A stretch of 64,000 nt of DNA from assembly GCA_009859145.1 (NCBI GenBank), contig VRVR01000010.1, positions 287,851 to 351,850 of the forward strand. The letters are read 5' to 3'. Origin of the DNA: Andalucia godoyi And28. Lineage: Eukaryota > Protista > Jakobida. Shown here one piece after another: positions 1 through 14,900 of the stretch. A program made the translations under genes and the position numbers. The notes beneath the pieces are model-generated. The model did not search any database and was not told where the DNA came from. It saw nothing but the letters and a program-made list of their open reading frames with translations. Every line of letters begins with the position of its first letter. Within the stretch, counting starts at the first letter, position 1.

Positions 1-1256
1 TCTGCCTTTGATTTTTCGGGTGTTTGAATTTGACAGACGCGCGCAAGATCCACTCCGGCGCTTAGAATGTACTCGTATCGCTGCGGATCGTATTCGGGGT
101 CCGCCCGCACATGCATCAGCACCAAGTCCACAACGAGTTGTTCAAGCTCCCACCCTCCGTCAATCAGCCTCGACTGCGCATTTTCCTTGGACCCCGTAAA
201 TTCCCTCTTTGCGCTAGCTACTCCCGTTTCCTCTTCCACAATCCGAACAGCCTCTTGTGCAGCCTCCCACTTCTCCACAAACTTTGCATACGTCTTGCGC
301 CATCTCTCAATCTTGCTTACCTGCCTCTCCTTCAGCTTGTCGAGCAACTCTCGTTTGTCCTCTGCGCCACATTTCGCACCTTTTTCGTTCATCGCTTCGT
401 CCTCTTCGTCCTCTTGCTCTTCTTGGCAGCCGTCTCCTTCGTCCCCGTTGCTGTCCGAGTCATCGTCAGCGTCATCGGTGTCATCGGTGTCATTGGCATG
501 GTTCTTCATGTCACGACGCCGAGGGCCGTGACGGTGACGGTGATGCTGGCACTGAGCAATCTGAAGTTGCAAGGTGTGGAACTTGTGCATGATATTTCGA
601 AATCCTCGGATCTCAGCAGCATGCGCGACCTCGATGTCCTCGAGCACGCATCTTTTTTCCCTCAGCGTCTGCGCATGCAAATGCTCCAGCAGCGTCCATC
701 GCAACCGTGCCAAGTGCACTGGATCACACCGAACTGTCGCCAGCACCGCATAAAACCACCTTTTGAAAACGGTGAAATCCGTCGATGAGAACCTTGGAAA
801 TCCTGGGTCATGCAACCGGTACTCGGCCGGAAACACCAGTCCATGCACTCTTTGCAAATCCCTCCAAAACTTGCTTATCCTATCCATTTTCTTCCTGTAC
901 CCCTCATCATTATCATGAGAACCACCTTGATCGCCATTGCTGCTGTCATGGCTTCGTCGAGGTTGTTTCTGAGCCCATGCAGCCCAGGCTTGGAGCTCGG
1001 GAGTTGAGTGCAGAGCATGCTGGAACTCTTGAATGTCCCACCACAACGAAACCGCCACACATAACGCACACGACACGCACGCATTCCTTACCGTAACGCC
1101 CGAGTCCCAGTCCTTTGTGACGTCCATCACACAACCGCAGCATCCACACGCCAGCTCAAACTGTCCGTACTCGCTCCCTCTCCATTCTCCTTTCCCTGTA
1201 CGAGCGACTGCACCACTGCTTCCAGCTACAAACCGCCCGTGCCATGCTTTCTGCAT
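1..1256 (-). CDS. Hypothetical protein with acidic tract and likely coiled coil; 3' end runs off the window (absent from the supplied ORF track)
   Basis: Manual translation: ATG at 1256, no stop through position 3 (>418 codons), e.g. ...DDTDDTDDADDDSDS...RELLDKLKERQVSKIERWRK...; the + strand ORFs 67-531 and 111-788 read as its antisense shadows. Confidence 0.7.
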   Translation of the reverse strand, partial: MQKAWHGRFVAGSSGAVARTGKGEWRGSEYGQFELACGCCGCVMDVTKDWDSGVTVRNACVSCALCVAVSLWWDIQEFQHALHSTPELQAWAAWAQKQPRRSHDSSNGDQGGSHDNDEGYRKKMDRISKFWRDLQRVHGLVFPAEYRLHDPGFPRFSSTDFTVFKRWFYAVLATVRCDPVHLARLRWTLLEHLHAQTLREKRCVLEDIEVAHAAEIRGFRNIMHKFHTLQLQIAQCQHHRHRHGPRRRDMKNHANDTDDTDDADDDSDSNGDEGDGCQEEQEDEEDEAMNEKGAKCGAEDKRELLDKLKERQVSKIERWRKTYAKFVEKWEAAQEAVRIVEEETGVASAKREFTGSKENAQSRLIDGGWELEQLVVDLVLMHVRADPEYDPQRYEYILSAGVDLARVCQIQTPEKSKA

Positions 1257-1275
1257 CTCTCTCTCTCTCTCTCTC
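1257..1275. repeat. (CT)n/(GA)n microsatellite directly abutting the ATG of the minus-strand gene
   Basis: Read directly from sequence. Confidence 0.9.
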
Positions 1276-1744
1276 ATACACACACTCTCTTTCTATGCTC
1301 TACGCTGACTCGTCTTGTGTTGTCTTGCTTCTTCTGTTTAATTTCCCGCTCCCGAAAAGCCCCGAAAAAAAACAGGAAAACGTTCTTGAACCGCGAGTCC
1401 AGTTGATGCTGGATGCTACTCCATACTCCCTCTGTTGTCAGTTCGTGTTCGAATCTCTATCGTGCCTTTTCCCTCATTTTTCTTTCCCTTTAATGGTTTA
1501 AAGAATTAAATTTATCCTTCTCATTTTTTATTACGCGCGTGGTGGTTGGATAGGTGGTGGTTTTCGTAGCACACGCTCACACACACACGCTCACACACAC
1601 ACACTCTCTCTCTTTCTTGCAGCGACTTTTTGTAAAAATATACAGCGCAGCACCCGTTGTCGACGCACCCTGCCCCTTCAGCGCCAAAGAAGAAGAGGAC
1701 TGCGGATTCAAAGAACGCAGGAGTGAAAACTTGCAAAGAAGAGA

Positions 1745-3226
1745 ATGTGTCGATTGCCGAACGGTGGTGGCGCTCTGTGGCTTGCGATGGTTGCGCTCGC
1801 TGTAGTGCTCCTCTGCGGCGGCGGCGTGGGAGTGGTGGATGCGGGGATTTTGCATGTGTCGCTCGTTGACGATGTTCGACCATTTGTCTCGTTTGATGTG
1901 TTTGGCTTTGCGTCGGGCGGCCGACTTTCGCTCTCTGTCTCGTCGATCTCAATCGATCCTCCGCCCTCTGCTTCAGCGTCGGCGTCGGCTACAGAGGTTC
2001 ATTCGGGGTTTCTGGTGCTGAAAGTCAACTCGCGCGTCGATCTTCTTCCTCCAGCAACCACCACTGGTAGCGACTGTCTGTTGACGCACTATACCCAGCA
2101 CGTGTCGTCGTCGAGTGCAGTGTATGCGCTCCCGACAACGACCAACACGCTGAGTGCGGAGTTTGTTGTGGTGGACGAAGGATATTATGCAGTGTATTTT
2201 GTGTCGTGTCTGTCGCTGTCGACTCGCACCTCGTTCAAGGCGACAATCACCGAACGCAATCCGGAGGACGATGGCGGCTACTTGCCCGTTGGCCAGCAGA
2301 ATCTGCCGCAGCTCCTGTTCGCGATGTGCGTCTTGCAGCTGTGTCTTGTTGTTGTGTGGGCGCTTGTCCTGCGCATCTTTGCAGCGACCACAACCACGAA
2401 GCTGCATGTTGTCATGGGTCTTGTGCCGCTACTGCGCGTCCTCTTCTTGTTTTTCGAAGCCGTGCGACTCCGCGAAATCGAACAAGAAGGAGAGGCAGCT
2501 ACGCCGTATGCGGTCCCATACTACCTCTTCGCAATCCTCGAGTCCACCGTCGTGTTTGTTGTCGTCATTCTCATGGGCACCGGATGGTCCCTTACCAAGC
2601 CGTTTCTCTCCGACCGCGAGAAATCGGTCCTGCTGCGCATCGTCCTTCCGCTCCAGCTGCTTGCAGATGTCGCCATGATCGTCACCGGCGAGCTTGCGCC
2701 GGGCTCCCCGCAGCTCGTCTTTTGGAACAATGTCTCGCGCGTCATCGATGTCGTTTGCTGCTGCGCCGTCCTGTTTCCCATCGTCTGGTCCATTCGCATG
2801 CTCCGAGACGGGCCGCGCGTCAAGGCTGTCGTTCGGCTCGAGGCATTTCGCGCATTCTATGTCGCCACCGTCGTTTACATCTACTTTACAAGAATCATGG
2901 TCGTTCTCCTGCGCGCTGTTCTGTCTGTTCGAAACGAGTTTATGGGCGATCTGCTTGTCGAGATTGCATCTGTGCTCTTCTATGCCTATGCCGGTTGGTC
3001 GTTCCGTCCGCAGTCCGAGTCCGTGTACATGGCGCTCCAGGAGGATGATGATGACGATGACATCAGCAGTGACATCCGCAATGACATCGGCGGGGACATG
3101 CATGGTGGAGGAGGGGTTCGAGCTAGAAGAGCACAGGACGTCGAATGGGACGCCTCGCGATCCGCCGCGGGTATCACCGCCACAGACTCTGCTGCCGCCA
3201 CGCACTCGGAAGAAGGAATGGACTAG
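1745..3226 (+). CDS. Lung seven-transmembrane receptor family protein (GPR107/GPR108-like)
   Basis: Signal peptide, luminal domain, GYLPVGQQNLP, LMGTGWSLTKPFLSDREK, DVVCCCAVLFPIVWSIR, FRAFYVATVVYIYFTRI motifs; 7 hydrophobic segments; acidic tail. Confidence 0.9.
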   Translation: MCRLPNGGGALWLAMVALAVVLLCGGGVGVVDAGILHVSLVDDVRPFVSFDVFGFASGGRLSLSVSSISIDPPPSASASASATEVHSGFLVLKVNSRVDLLPPATTTGSDCLLTHYTQHVSSSSAVYALPTTTNTLSAEFVVVDEGYYAVYFVSCLSLSTRTSFKATITERNPEDDGGYLPVGQQNLPQLLFAMCVLQLCLVVVWALVLRIFAATTTTKLHVVMGLVPLLRVLFLFFEAVRLREIEQEGEAATPYAVPYYLFAILESTVVFVVVILMGTGWSLTKPFLSDREKSVLLRIVLPLQLLADVAMIVTGELAPGSPQLVFWNNVSRVIDVVCCCAVLFPIVWSIRMLRDGPRVKAVVRLEAFRAFYVATVVYIYFTRIMVVLLRAVLSVRNEFMGDLLVEIASVLFYAYAGWSFRPQSESVYMALQEDDDDDDISSDIRNDIGGDMHGGGGVRARRAQDVEWDASRSAAGITATDSAAATHSEEGMD

Positions 3227-3548
3227 CTAACGCTGGTGCATTTTCCAAACCACAATACGCCTTACAAAAGAACACGAAAAAACACTCGTCATTTACTCAT
3301 TCATAAAACCCGCCACGGACTGTAGCCATCGGACCGCGGGACAAAAAATGTCTGGCGCCCCACCTCCCTCCGCTTCCCTCAACGGTGTGTTGCCGACTGT
3401 AAAAGCACAGATGTGCGCAAATTTCTGGGGTGAACAGCATGTCGAGGATTACACACACAGAGTGCGTAGCGCACGAAACCGCATGGCCAGTAGCCAACAT
3501 GACGGTTTTTCCCTCGGTTTCTGCATTCCCTCCATTTTTTCTCCTTGA

Positions 3549-5039
<1,491 letters not shown>

Positions 5040-5217
5040 ACGATTCTCTTTTTCTGTTCACAAAAAAGAATAAGGACAAAGAAGCCAATCCATTCCTCGT
5101 TTTTTATGTCATTTCTGACCATCCTTCTCACAGCTCATTGTTTGAGCTCCGGCGGCGGTGACCGTCGGACAATATAAAAAAACAGGAAGAAAAAGACAAA
5201 GCAGCAGCGGAAGGAAG

Positions 5218-5227
5218 AAAAAAAAAA
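5218..5227 (-). terminator. Pol III T-run terminator of the tRNA
   Basis: T10 run on the minus strand 3 nt after the discriminator base. Confidence 0.75.
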
Positions 5228-5230
5228 TTT

Positions 5231-5304
5231 TACGCGGTGCGTGGATCGAACACGCGACCTCCTGCGTGTGGAGCAGGCGCTCTAACCAACTGAGCTAACC
5301 GCGC
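5231..5304 (-). tRNA. trnV-CAC: tRNA-Val(CAC)
   Basis: Cloverleaf: acceptor GCGCGGT/ACCGCGT+A, D stem GCTC/GAGC, anticodon stem CCTGC/GCAGG with loop TC-CAC-AC, T loop TTCGATC; no encoded CCA. Confidence 0.9.
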
Positions 5305-5916
5305 TGTGTTGTGGGATGCTTCAGCTGAATGTTTCATAGTGCGTGTCCTCATGTACTCTCCTGCTCGCTCGTCGGGCTGAGCTGTCCACCGAAGACAGAT
5401 CCAAAGCCGTATGTTTCTTGCTTTTATTTGTGAGGGGGCGAGCACCAACTCTGCATCAAAGGGCCATCGCAACCAGCACATTCCCCGATCGATTCAACAT
5501 TCAAAATTGAACGTTGGAGGAAACGGAATGTGGTCGGTTTGAGTTTGTCGGGAAGATCTCTCCTTGGAGCCACGAGATGCTTTGTCTTTGATGAAAAGGT
5601 GCTGTTTGAGGGTTCGATTATATAAAAGACAAACAGAAAATAATCGAAAGAATATAAAAGTGAAGAATGAAGACCCTTCTAGACTGGGCTACGGCAAGAC
5701 AATCCTATTGTTTGGTGTTCAACACTGACACCCAAAGCTGTCAACCGCGTGCAACCCATATGTGAGTCAGCTTACCAGAAAGAGGAGACACATAGACAGA
5801 GAAAGAGAGAAAGAGAGAGGGATTATGATAATATTTAATAATAATAAAGGGAGAAAAAAGACAACAAAAAACAACAAGGAAAATGCCTAAGGGTATGGCC
5901 GGTATGTAAAAACAAT

Positions 5917-8900
5917 CTAGGTTGCAAGGGCGCAGAATGCAGCACAGCCACGCTTGATCCAGACGGACGGATCGACTCGAGTGGGGAACTCCACGCTCAG
6001 GACAAAGTTGGTCGAATGGCCGGTCGTGGACAAGGTACCGGCACGCGAGACGGTCTTGTACACTGGGCATTCGTACACTGTTCCGGCAGGCGGCTTGACT
6101 CGGTTCTGCACCGGTTTGAACCACAAGATCGGCATTGGGGCAAACAGCTCTCGCGGTTTGGAATCTCCAATGCACTTGTCGACTGGGTCCCAGCGGGCGC
6201 CTTCCATGTACAGACCACGCATGTACGCTCCATCTTCCGGTTTGCCGGAAATCTCGGACACCTGGTACGCTGGCATCACCACAAAGTCAAAGCTGACCGA
6301 GTCGACGGCAACCTTGTACTTCCTGGCGTAGTTCTGGAGAATGCCGGTGAGGGCAGCTTGCGGGAAGTAGAGACCCGAGATCCAGTAGACAGTGGGCATG
6401 CCGGTTTGGATCCATGAGTTGATAAAGTCGAGGCGCTGAAGAAGATCCGAGGTCCACGACGACAGGAGTTTCAGCGACGGGTACGCCTTGGAAGACCACA
6501 GCTTCGGGACCTGGTTGTTGAACAGGGATGTGCCCATCGCTTCCAACTCTCCGGACATGACAACAAGCCCCTTGAGAGCCTTCAGAATGTCCTGCAGCGA
6601 TCGCCGCATGGCTACAAGCAGCTTGTTGTATCGGATGACTTCTTGCACGAGAACCGTGTTCATTGACTCTGCATACGTCGTCGGATACTTTTCCATCACA
6701 TCTCCAACGTGCCAGGCATCTGGGACACGATTGAGAATGTCCGTTGCAACGGCTTCAATGACGGCTTCTCGGGACTTTGATCCTGCACCACCGGATGTTC
6801 TCGGCTGCAGAGAAAGAATAAGTTCCATCATGTCTCGCGTCTCGGCTTGGGCGCACGTAATGTCTGCGTTTTCATGAAGCCCGAACACCTCGGGTGCAGG
6901 ATTGATTGGCAAACCCTTGATGTACTCCAGATAGTCTTCCAGCAGCGTATCTGGTTCACCGTGCTCGGGTCCTTTCAGAGTGTGATAGATTCCCGAGTCG
7001 GAGAAGCTATGACCGGGAACAAGGATCGCCTGAGAAATTGCAGAGTTCTGCATCGTCAGCAACAATCGGCGGTCCCAATCATCAGTGACACGACCACCGT
7101 AGTTGATCTGACCAAACAAAAAGCGCAAGACCTTGAACGGAACTTCTTCGTACTTGTCCAGGAACATCTTCAGCTGCTTCATACAAACAAGCAGATCGCC
7201 ATTCGTGAACTCGTAGCGAATGTTCCATCCCAGAGGACCAAACTTACGACGCTCCTGGATCTGTGCATGGAAGAAGCACAGAGCAAACAGCAGCTTGCGG
7301 AAGGCATCGGGCTTCTTGCAGTCGTCCAAGAAGTTCTGATCCAGCGGCACAAAGGAACCACGTAAGTTGGCACGGAGACCCTTGGGAGGCTCATTCGTCA
7401 TCTTCACGGAGTTCTGGAGAACAGACACCGGGAATTTTTCAGAGGGCATGGAAGTCAGCCACAGACGGAAATCACGGTGCATCTTTTCAGGAGCAAAGTT
7501 TTCGACAATTCGTTCGAGAGAAGGCATCCACGACGTAGCCAAATGGCAGTTCTGCAGCAAAATCCAGCCACCACGCTCCATGGCATCCGCCATCAAGCGT
7601 TCCGCAATCGGGCCCTGGCCTTGCCCCAATGAAATCGAATTCAGCTTCTTCGTGAAACCCTTTTCATCCGCAAACCGGAACAATTCTGACGCAGGGTCAG
7701 CACCAGCCGACAATACGAAAATCAAAGGCACTGTCGGCGAGGAGTCCGCGTAAGAACCCGGTAAGTCAAACGGAGGCGGTTCGATGAACTTGCCACCTAG
7801 CTGAGCGGCAACGTAATCCTGCACAGCTTCCGTAACCTTGTCCGGACGCAGGCACCGCAGGACCAGCATCTTCTGCAGCTGATCAAACTTGGTTTCCCAG
7901 TCTCCTGGAAGCGGGAAACGATGCGCATTTGCGGATTCAAAGTACTTTTCAAAATGACCGATATTCTTGGCAAAAACATCAGACGCAAATCCTTGGAATC
8001 TGGGCAAACCAGACAAATCGTTCAATTCAGCCCAGACATTCGGCATCAGCCACGATGGCGCAGGGTTGGGAACAGCAACCTCTGTAGAAACACCTCCAGT
8101 CAACAAGAAGCGCCATTCTTCGCCATCGATCAGATCTGCGCCCTGCAAAATTCTCGTCGTCAAAAGGAACGAGAAAAGCAGCTTGTGCTTTTCGAACAGT
8201 GAGCGACAGATGTTCAGATACAAAGAATACGTAAAGTAGTCATTCAGAAACTTCAGTCGGCGTTGGAGGATCAATCCTTCTCGACCTGCGTCGTCGTCCT
8301 TGTACTGCGGCTCTTCCTCGGCAGTCAGCGAGCCCTTTTCTGCATTGTCGATTGCAGAAATGAACAGCCGAACGAACCACTGCAGCGAGTACTGATACAT
8401 CGGATCCACTGCCGCCATGTCGGCAACACAGAAGAACAAAATGGCCGCCCGAACTGCGACAGGACGGTAGCCCCCACGAGTTGTGTCGATTGCCTTTTCC
8501 GTCTCCTCGGCTTCTGCAACCTTTGCATTGATTTCAACCGAAGTCTCCTTCGATTTCGCGAGCGTATTGATCAGTGCCTCGTCCTCCAAAATATCTCCTG
8601 AGGACTCGGATAACATCCGCAGAATTTCGTCTTCAATGGTCTTCAATTCCTTCTTCATACGGGCATTGGAAACAACTAACTGATTCTTCATTTCTTCCAA
8701 ATCCGGTCTTTCCTTGGCAACCACAATTCCGAGCAGCTGGTCTTGCAAGCCATCGGGCGTAATCAAGAAATTCAGCAATGTGACCTTGACGCAGGTTTCC
8801 GGAGAGTAATGCGGATTTCGCAACTTCGTCGTAATGTACAGCCGGAAGTCCGGGTGATACGGTATCACCGAGTCTCCCAGTTTGATCATCTCAGAGCCAC

Positions 8901-11900
8901 CTTGCTTGAACGTTTCACGAAGCAAAATGGGTTCCAAAGAAGCAGGAAGCGATTCTCCGACATTTTCAATCAGTACAGGCTTTCCAAAACGGACTGCATT
9001 CTCCAGAGAACGAAGCATCTGTTCGTCAGTCAGTTTCAAGACTTCCAACCCATTCTCCTTCTCCGTGTTCTTCACCCACTTGTTGGCTTGTCCCTGCGGA
9101 TCGATCAGCAGCGGCCAGCGGGTGGACTTTGACAGAATGATTCCGTTCTCAATGGAAAGACCGTCCGTGGGAAGACCTTTGATTGTCCATTCACGAATCT
9201 TCACAGGATCTCCCAAGACCGAGGTGAGCTTCACATCAGACGTACAAACAATCTTCGCCTTCTGCAACGCAGCGATCCATTCCTTGTACAACTCCTGACG
9301 AAAGAACGCCGTGAACGCACCGACGTATGCAATGGCACCCGACGCAACAATAACATCACCAATCACAGCCTTTTCCTGTTGTCCGAGGACTTCAACGGTA
9401 TTGCGCCAGCGAATCTTTTCGCCGCCAAGGCCACCAATCAAACGCCCTGCACGATCCATCTTCACTTCGCATTCGCGAACCTTTCGGCCGAGCTCATCCT
9501 TCTTTGCGACAGCCTCCGAAAACTTCAGTTCCAAATCGGCAATCTTTTCTTCGACAGTCTTCAGCGTCGCCTTCGCCTGCTTGAGGCGCTCCATGGTCTC
9601 TCCAAGCTCCTTTTCTGCAGCAGCCAATGCTTGACGCTTCGGTTCCACAGATTTGCTGACGAAATGATACTTGTACATGGCATGACACCATTGACACATG
9701 GAAGTACACGCCGTCGACACCTTGCGAATCTTGTCTGGAACGAAGTCCGGGGACTCAATGTACGGTCCGATCTTCTTGATGACGGACTCCGCAATGTTGT
9801 CCTTGTCGTACTCAAAGAAGGAATCCAACAGTCCTCTGGCGTCCTTCAACAATTTGACGGACGGCTCCCAGTAGTCTGCAACCTTCTTTCCAGCCTCACC
9901 CACCATCTTTGGCTGCAAGTTCTTCAAAATGCAGATCGCTTCCATAACAAGCTTCACACCAGCAGGCGGGGTTTTGTACGCAGCAACCTCTTGAATGTCC
10001 GACACTTTCAGACTCTTCAAACTTGAGACGGCAGACTCGAGGGCTGGGAGAGCTTCATCCAGGTCGCGCTGAGCATCTTCCTTGATGGCTTTGCACTCGC
10101 TGGCCTTTGCAGACGAATCGGCCTCCTCCTTCAAAACAACCTTTCTTGTTTCGTCGGCATCTGCCTTGTCCTTGGAAATTTGAATCATCATTTCTTCCAC
10201 CTGCCGAGAAGTCTCAATCAAAACCGGCTGCATTTCAGTCAGCTCGGTCTTGAGAATCGCAACATCCTTTTCCGTGGACTCCAGTTTGTCCAATCCGACG
10301 ACTAGACGTTTCTTGGCAGTCGCGACTTCCTCGCGCTTCAACGCAAGCATTCGCTTGAATGTACTCAGCAGCTGCAGATACGATGTCGGCGTCACGTAGT
10401 TGTAGCGACGTTCGGAAGCCAAGAACCGACCAGATGCACGCTCAACCGACTGATGAACGGATACACACATATCCACGACAGACTTCACCATGGATTCGTC
10501 TCCCAGTGGAGTATCCTCGAACGCAGTCTGCGCCACAGAGCGCAATGCCTGATCCGGCCATTCAGAGAACCAGTCTATGGTGCAGCAGTTCACAAGCGCA
10601 GGGAACATACGAAGGCGAGTCCTGAAAGCTTCTCCAATCGGAGAGAAAGCAAGAATAATGTGGCCATTTTCTTTGCATCGCTTCACGAACCGAGCGAACA
10701 TGTTGATCTTCGTCGGCATAATACCTTCTGCTTGGCATACAGGCTGCAACACAGAATAGATGTTGTCCATGTCTGCAGGCTCCATGATGTTTGGAACCTC
10801 ACCCGAGTTCAGAAGGTTGTTGATATCTTCCAGGAACGACTCCTTGACAATCTGAGTGTCCGAAAACAAGAACACACACGGCTTGTTTTCAACACCGGCT
10901 TTCATCAGCACCTTTCTCAAATCATTACGCCACTCCACCTTGCCATAGCCCTTGGAGATTTCAATTTGGAACACTTGGTATTCCATAATAAACGATGCCA
11001 CGCGAGCCAAGGACTGTCGGCCAGAACCACCGACACCGAGCAACAGAGCGTTCCCGCCTGGCTGGCGAAGAATTCGAGAGATCCTGCAAACGTGCTCAAG
11101 AGCATCCATGAACATAACAAGTTTCATAGGCTTGTTCATTCCCACGGAACTATTGTTGTAGTCGTCCAGAAACTCTTCGACAACTCGCTGGAGCTTAGCA
11201 GCATCGGTAACTTGCTCGAAGGAACGGGTATCCATGTTCATAAAATCGGCGAATACAATGCGACCAAAGGAAGGTACGTTCATAATGTCCCGATTGAAGT
11301 CCAACTTAAACTTCTTCTTCACTTCCTCGCCAACAAGCTTATCGAACCACATACGATCCTGGTTGTCCACAAGCCGGTCGCGGAAAACACGAGAGCACTC
11401 GTGAGTCCAAAGACGCGCAAGATCAGCTGGCTCTGCCATCTTCTTCGGGTCTGCAGACATGAGGCCTTGAACGACCTTTGCCAAATCTCGCAAGTTGAAA
11501 GTATAGTGCGACTTCACAGGAGTGGGCAAAAGCTCTGCAAGCACAATGTTGTACACAGCAATCGATGCCTCAATCAAGACATCCGCAAGACCATTCACAG
11601 CATCTGCAAAATTGTTTGCCTTCAAGAACGTGCTCAGAATCGTGGAGAAGATGCGTCGCATCGAATCATCTTCCATTTCTGGGAAGGAAACAAAATTAAA
11701 ATGTCGTAGAAAGCGGTTCGTTACCGGGTTACGTCCTCCACCAGGCGGTCCCATGGCGCCGACAATGGTGGTATCTACGATATTGCGAAACTCAAACTTG
11801 GCACGGTCATACCATCCACCATGATCCAGGAACTGGCGGAGCAGCTCAATCGGCGGTTGCGCACCGTACTCTTCGCGTGCGGGCATGTTCACATCGTCGA

Positions 11901-14900
11901 CAAAGAGCAGATACTGCTTGCCAGAGGGCGGGCCATAGATACCCTTTCGACGCTTGTCCAGCTTTCCGTCGATGATGTCCTGCGTTTGGTTCGCGGATGT
12001 CTGGGCAGAAAACGCCATGAATTGCGGAATGAATTTGTCGGACATTCCTCTCATGAGTTTGTCGGCAATGGTCAGAGTCTTACCAGTGCCCGTCGGACCA
12101 ACGCAGAGCACATGCTTGCCTTTTGACAGCAAATGCTCCAGAAGCCAAGAATATCGGATGGAATCCATGGTCGGAACGATGATGTCCGAGAACTTGAGTT
12201 TCGGATCCAGTTGCACAGGAGGGACCGTTTCAATCCACGACTTCCACTGAATCGGGCCACGTCCGATCGAAGCCTTCCCCGCATCTTCCTCCTCGCCACC
12301 CGCACTAATTGCCTCGCCAAGATCAAGGTAATAGTCGTAAACAAGTCCGGTTTTCGGAATTGAGACACCGCTCTTCTGCTTGCGCAACAATTCTCGAAGG
12401 AACTGATCAAACTTTGGTCGCGAGGTCCGATCCAAAGCACCACCAATAGACCAAATAAGCGAGAACACAAAGATGGGTTCAATCTTCGAAGGGAACAGAT
12501 CCAATACATCCTTGGCCGGTTTATAATCCTCCAATGGACGAGGACGAAGGGCAAACATGAAGCAATCAATCATTCTGAAGAACGAGCACACAAGATTGTT
12601 ATCAACAGTCGGAACGTATTCTCGGCAGTTACGACGTACAAACTTGAGAGACTCGTAAAGGTACTGATCAAACAATTCCTGGAAACGCGGACGCAGTTCT
12701 ACCACAGTCTCTGGAAGGGCATCCAGCCAAGATGACACCAGAGCTGCGTTACCAACGGAAGTGGCTGGTTCCATATAAACCATACCACAACGAGACACGG
12801 TCGCAGGGGACGCAACTGACAGATCCTCCACCTCAAAGATGATATTCATCTTCCGGGACATGGGGATGATTTCGCCGGATACCAGACACAACTTCTTGTT
12901 TTCATCCAGCACCGTGTTCATGGACTCGATCCACAGAGCATCCACAGGGCCGTCAAACAACAGCCACTTTCGCTTCTCCGACGCGTCGTACGCACACTCT
13001 CGGTACAGTGTCGCAAGGATACCGTCCGTCCACTCGTGTGTAGCCTCATCGAATTGCCCGTACAACTGACCCATTGTGATCGATTTCGGATTGCAAATGC
13101 GGGTCATGATCTCGTCAAACTTGGCTAAGTGGTGGATTTTGCCCTGGGCTCTGGCGAGAACCTTCCGAGCGCATGTTTTCCCGGACCCAGTGGGACCAAC
13201 CAACATGAGACCGTGACGGAGCACCGTGGTTTCAAAAAGCTGAATACATTTGGTTATGAAAGTGTCAACAGGCTGAAGACCGAGTTCCTTGATCGATTCC
13301 TTGAGGGCGGAAAGCAAAGCACCGTAATCAGACTGCGGGAGTTCCACACCAGGGAACAAGTCCGAAATGATACCGTTGAAGAGCACAATATCGTCCGCCA
13401 AGAATTTCGGCAAATTGGAATCGCGGAGCGCACGGAGCAGAACAAGGTCTTCCAAAGCATTCGGTTCGTCCCTCTTGAGAAGACCGGCGGCATTGATAAC
13501 TGTGTTCACGGCACGCATTCCGAAATCGTAGTGATCCTGAGAAGACAGTTGCTCTGAGGAAAGGCGGAAGGTCGCAACCATCTTCTGAGCAAGTTTCTTT
13601 GCTTCCCGGAAGCCAAATGAAAACAGTCGAATTTCAGCAATGAGTGCGTAGTCCGGGACCATGCACGCAACCGGGCGGAAGAGAGCCTTCAAGTTGTCCG
13701 GCAGTTCTGTGCGTCCTGCATAACCAGGATTCATGGTGATAAACACTGCAAATGCAGGATTGACACGAATTTCAGTCCCCTCAAACACAATCTTATCAAC
13801 ACCCTGTCGAAGAGCTTGCGTGAGCGTGATCATTTGTTGCGCAACAACAGACAGAACTTCGACATCGATACGATTGAACTCGTCAAAACACGCCCATGCT
13901 CCAGCCATCGCAAGACCTTTGAAGAATTTACCCATGGCGAGGTAGTCCAGTCCTTCCTGACAGTTGAAAACGACACACTGTTTGGCCAAGGCTTTTGCAA
14001 GATCCTTGACCGTCTCGGTCTTTCCCGTACCGGCCGGTCCGGCAGGTGCACCGCCCAAAAACATCGATAACGCGGAAGTCAACGTGAGATAGATACGATC
14101 CGTGAGTGGAGTAATGACCAGGCGCGATGTGTTTCCAAGATATTCATATCCATACTTGAACACTGACTCAACCTGCTTGACCCACAAGTCCCTTCCATCC
14201 CACTCGTACCGCATCTGTGAAATCCATTCAAAGTCCGTGATTTGAGAAATACCAGCTTCTGCCATAGTAGCAACAACATCACGAGCATGCACATCAATCG
14301 TAATCAGCGCACCGAGTGTAATACGAGAGAGAACGGGAAGGTCTCCACGAACGACCTCTGCAAGGTCCAGTAGCTGCTTTTGGCAAACTTGCCCGTATTC
14401 TTTGACCCCCTCAAGCCCCTTCTCCTCAATTGCCTTCCCACACTCTGTGGTCCAGAACACCTGCGAGCCGACGAGAACGACTTGGCCGGCCCAATTCAAC
14501 ACCCACTTCTGGCGGGGAGTCGTGACGTAGTCCTTCAGGGACCCATCAATTTGAACTCGAATAGACTCGCACATCATACGCTCCACAACGTTCAGCCACT
14601 CCTCAACGTTTCCTTTCGGATAAATCTTTTCCGCAAACGGAATGACTTCTCCCTCACCGGAATACATATGAGTCATGCCGTCGTCCGGCTGGAATTCCAG
14701 TTTCGCAACTGCCTCGAAACACTTGCGAAGGTGTTTCTGGACAGCACGGGGCTCGCGAGTCTGCGAAAGAATTTCCAACAACTCATCATTGGACAAAAAA
14801 TAGAAACGCGCGAATGCCTGTCGTTTTGTCTCAAGATAATCATTGAGACCCTTCTGAACAAGGTCTAGTAGTTTGTTGGATTCTTGGAAATTGTCCAACA

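Noticed and set aside
67-788. + strand ORFs of 154 and 225 aa
   Set aside because: Antisense shadows of the open minus-strand frame 1256 to <1
5310-5480. Possible tRNA-linked small RNA upstream of tRNA-Val
   Set aside because: Only a short hairpin; no recognisable U6, 7SL, 5S or snRNA motif
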